64,000 nt of DNA from Podarcis cretensis. Taxonomy: Eukaryota. Shown here one piece after another: positions 61,034 to 64,000 of this stretch; positions within the stretch are counted from its first letter, which is position 1; each line of letters begins with the position of its first letter. The position numbers and the translations under genes were made by a program. A model generated the notes under the pieces. The model had not been told where the DNA came from, searched no databases, and saw nothing but the letters and a program-made list of their open reading frames with translations. The stretch lies in NCBI GenBank assembly GCA_951804945.1, contig OX638158.1, positions 17,112,001 through 17,176,000 of the forward strand, given 5' to 3'.

Positions 61034-63375
61034 TAAGGAGGACTTTGGCTTATACACACCATTTAAATTGCACACAGTTTCTAGTACTCATGGACAAAGT
61101 GAAAACCACTACAAAAACCACCAAAGTCAGGTGAGAAACAATAGCAAGAGAAGCACCCTTCTCTTTTCCTGTCACCCAAAATAGGGTGGCCATGTCTCTC
61201 TTTTTTACAAGGTGTAAGTGGCCACCCTGGTCGAAACCCAGATCTTCATTTTTGCTGATGTCAAATTAATCTGACCTCGAGTGACTAGACTGGCCATGAT
61301 CCTGACAGTAAATCTGGGCTGTGAAGGATGGCAAGACTTGTGACCCCTTAACCCAATCACCCCCACATGTCCTGCAAGCTCTGAGAACAGGAAGAAGATA
61401 TCTCAGAGGCCTTAAACTACCTGATATGGCAGCTAGCCTTTCTGGAAGAAAGTGCTCACCTTTATTGCCAAACCTCTCCACAATAACAACCTGAGCGGCT
61501 TCCTCATCCCTTTCATCTCCTCATCAGCTGCAACAGCCAAAGGAGCACAGCTACTGCTTTGACAAGGATGTCGCTTATTCAAGTCATCTTACTTTTGTTA
61601 AAAGATTTTGCTATTTCCTCTCAGCCAGAAAGATTAGGAGCTGTTTATGGTCATGGGTAATTTGAAGAAAAACAATTAACTGAATAATGGCTACTGACTT
61701 GGGATCTCACCACAGTTAAAAATGAGCAGCTTTTTTTTTTGTGCACTTCTAATTTTAAAACATTGTGGAACTCGGTCTTAGGCTTGCACACTCCTCCCAT
61801 ACCTGCATAAAGTTTTTTGGTGTGATTCCAGCCCTATGTGCCTTTAACAAAAAGTGTGCAGCTTGCCACAGGGAGCAGTGGTCCTATGGAGGCAGTTTCC
61901 AGTGGGCTCCACATGAACGGCATTTTGTCCAAATCGAGTCTTAGTCAAAACAGCCCATGCATCTCTTTGCAAATCTTCACATCTAGGAATGACACAGGCC
62001 ATTGTAGAGAGGCGTTTCTGCAACAGAATACCCCTGCCGGAGCAATCTGTTTACTGCTGTTAAAAAAAATTACTTACTTCACTGCATTTCCCTAGACATT
62101 CCGTTTGCCGTCTAGCTTCAAAAAGCTCTGCTACCAAGAGCTCTAATGACAGCAGGATGTGGAGTTCATTGTGCCTTTCTGGAAAAGCTGAAGAAGTGCT
62201 TTTTCTGGGGTTTTCCTATCCAAGTTTTAATATGTGCACAGAATTAGTGCCATAAGGAGACAGGAAATAGCTGTTGGGACAAGAGGCAAATAGAAACTGA
62301 CTCATTCGAAGCATCACTTGGCAGCCGCTCACACTACCCTAGCTGGCAGAGAACAAAATTACTTCAAAATGGAGAGGCAGAGCAGTCACTTAAAATGAAG
62401 ATGAATCTCTTTTGCAAGACATTGTGGGGGTTTTTTTGTTCTTATATTTTACCACAAAGGAGTGTGGAATTGGTTGGGTATTATATAGGAAGTGTTAGCA
62501 GTGTTAACATGGGCTGTGATATATCTCTGTGTTTACAAATCTTGGGATGGAAGGAAGCACTGTTTTCCATTTCACAATGTGTTGCAGCACTGTTTCCAAC
62601 AGGCTGCAGTTCGCCTTCTCCCCAAAGCTACATTATTCATTTCACTCACTACTGTAGCAAAATTGCATAAATTACATAATTAATTACATACATTGTGTGA
62701 TTCATGTTGTCATTATGTTACTCCATTCCATTCATTTCAATGTGAAGGAAACACAATGCAAAAGGAGGGAGGATCACATAATCAATTGTGTATTTTCAGA
62801 CTGAAAACAACAGCTGCAGAAAATACCAATCATATTTGCAGAATTGATTTCCATTTTGGTCATGGAGAAAATAAGCAGACACCGGCAATTTCTGCTCCCG
62901 TTTCAGCTTTCCTTGGAATTCTCCAACACCCCTGAAACACACTCATCTTACTAATTGCTGGCCCCCACCTATCTCAGGAGAAAATGGAAGAGTGCACCAA
63001 ACTTTTGGAGAGTTACAGCACCTGCTGTGGCTGTAGAGACCAATACAAGAGAGACATGTCTTGTTACAGCTGGGGCAGATGAAGACATCAGTTGTGCTGA
63101 TGCAGGTGTACTATGACATTTATGCTTTCTGCCTTCCTCCCGGCAGTCATTCCTCCCCTGGTCACTGCTGTGGATACATGATCTGACTTGATTGCCTCCA
63201 GGTGCTGCAGCCGTCTGCAAGGGATTGCCACATGGCAGATTTAATGTTCCCAGCCTGGTTGAACAGGCTGCTCTTTGAATGGACAAACATACAGGATCAG
63301 TAAGTGAAATCTTTGGGAAAGTTGCTTAGGATCCAGCACCCCAGAGAATCTCTCTGGGCCATTGTAATTTGAGTA

Positions 63376-63754
63376 CAGTGGTACCTTGGTTCTCAAACTT
63401 AATCCATTCCAGGAGTCTGTTCGACTCCTGAAACCGGTCAAAACCAAGGCACGGCTTCCAATTGGCTGCAGGAACTTCCTGCACTCAAGCTTTGGACGCT
63501 CAGCTTCCAAAAAACATTCGCAAACTGGAACACTTACTTCTGGGTTTGTGGCATTCAGGACAGTGGCGTAGCGTGGGGGGTGCAGGGGGCCCTGGCCGCA
63601 CCAGGCGCAACATCTGGGGGTTGGGGTTAGAGGGCGCGGGTTAGGGGGTGCAAATTACTTGCCTTGCCCCGGGTGCTGACAACCCACGCTACGCCACTGG
63701 TTCAGGAGCCAATTTGTTCGGCAACTAAGCCATTCAGGAACCAAGGTTTCACTG
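63376..63754. mobile_element. Tc1/mariner-type MITE interrupted by a hAT MITE
   Basis: TA|cagtggtaccttggtt...aaccaaggtttcactg|TA; internally similar to the 50773 copy. Confidence 0.8.
63561..63699 (+). mobile_element. hAT MITE (TIR CAGTGGCGTAGCGTGGG)
   Basis: 17-bp perfect TIR; 8-bp TSD attcagga/gttcagga. Confidence 0.85.
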
Positions 63755-64000
63755 TACTGGGGCTGGGTAGAGAGATAGCCACAAATGCTGTGGTAATGCA
63801 ACCTAAAATCTTTGTGACACAGACAAAATATAACCACAGGTAGCTTCAGGGTTACCTCCAAGTTTGAGGGCCCCTTCAGAGTGCCCCAGTGGCAGCCGCT
63901 GCCCTGCAGTCCATGCCAGGCACTATAGAGCCACCATTTTAATTCCCACAATGCCCCATACTTAGCACTGCTCCAGGACATTGAGGGAAACTAAATGAGC

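Noticed and set aside
1-64000. Remaining 60-170 aa ORFs in the six-frame track
   Set aside because: No recognisable homology, often non-ATG starts, and many overlap repeats or microsatellites (poly-N, poly-T, poly-L, poly-S runs).

Overview
This is vertebrate genomic DNA, not a prokaryotic or accessory region. The repeat landscape (Sauria SINEs, BovB, CR1, L2, Penelope-like fragments) points to a squamate, probably a lacertid lizard (inference). The window appears to lie within the 5' part of the caldesmon gene (CALD1) on the minus strand. It contains a probable non-coding exon (60338-60443), the first coding exon MDDFERRRELRRQKREEMRLEAE(R) (38074-38144), and the alternative 'brain-type' first exon MISGAYCRRNLSGLS (5297-5343). 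A further phase-2 exon candidate lies at 1232-1294. I did not find the common downstream exon; it probably lies left of position 1. The introns are packed with transposable elements: 10 copies of one TA-flanked Tc1/mariner MITE plus relatives, several hAT MITEs with 8-bp TSDs, 5 Sauria SINEs, L2, CR1, a truncated BovB and two solo LTRs, often nested. The most unusual signal is two ~130-bp Penelope-like inserts that each carry a complete minimal hammerhead ribozyme. One is sense to the CALD1 pre-mRNA and overlaps an ~86-bp perfect-looking hairpin. I see no convincing evidence of a wholly new multi-gene system. Nearly all ORFs in the supplied track are spurious or TE-derived.
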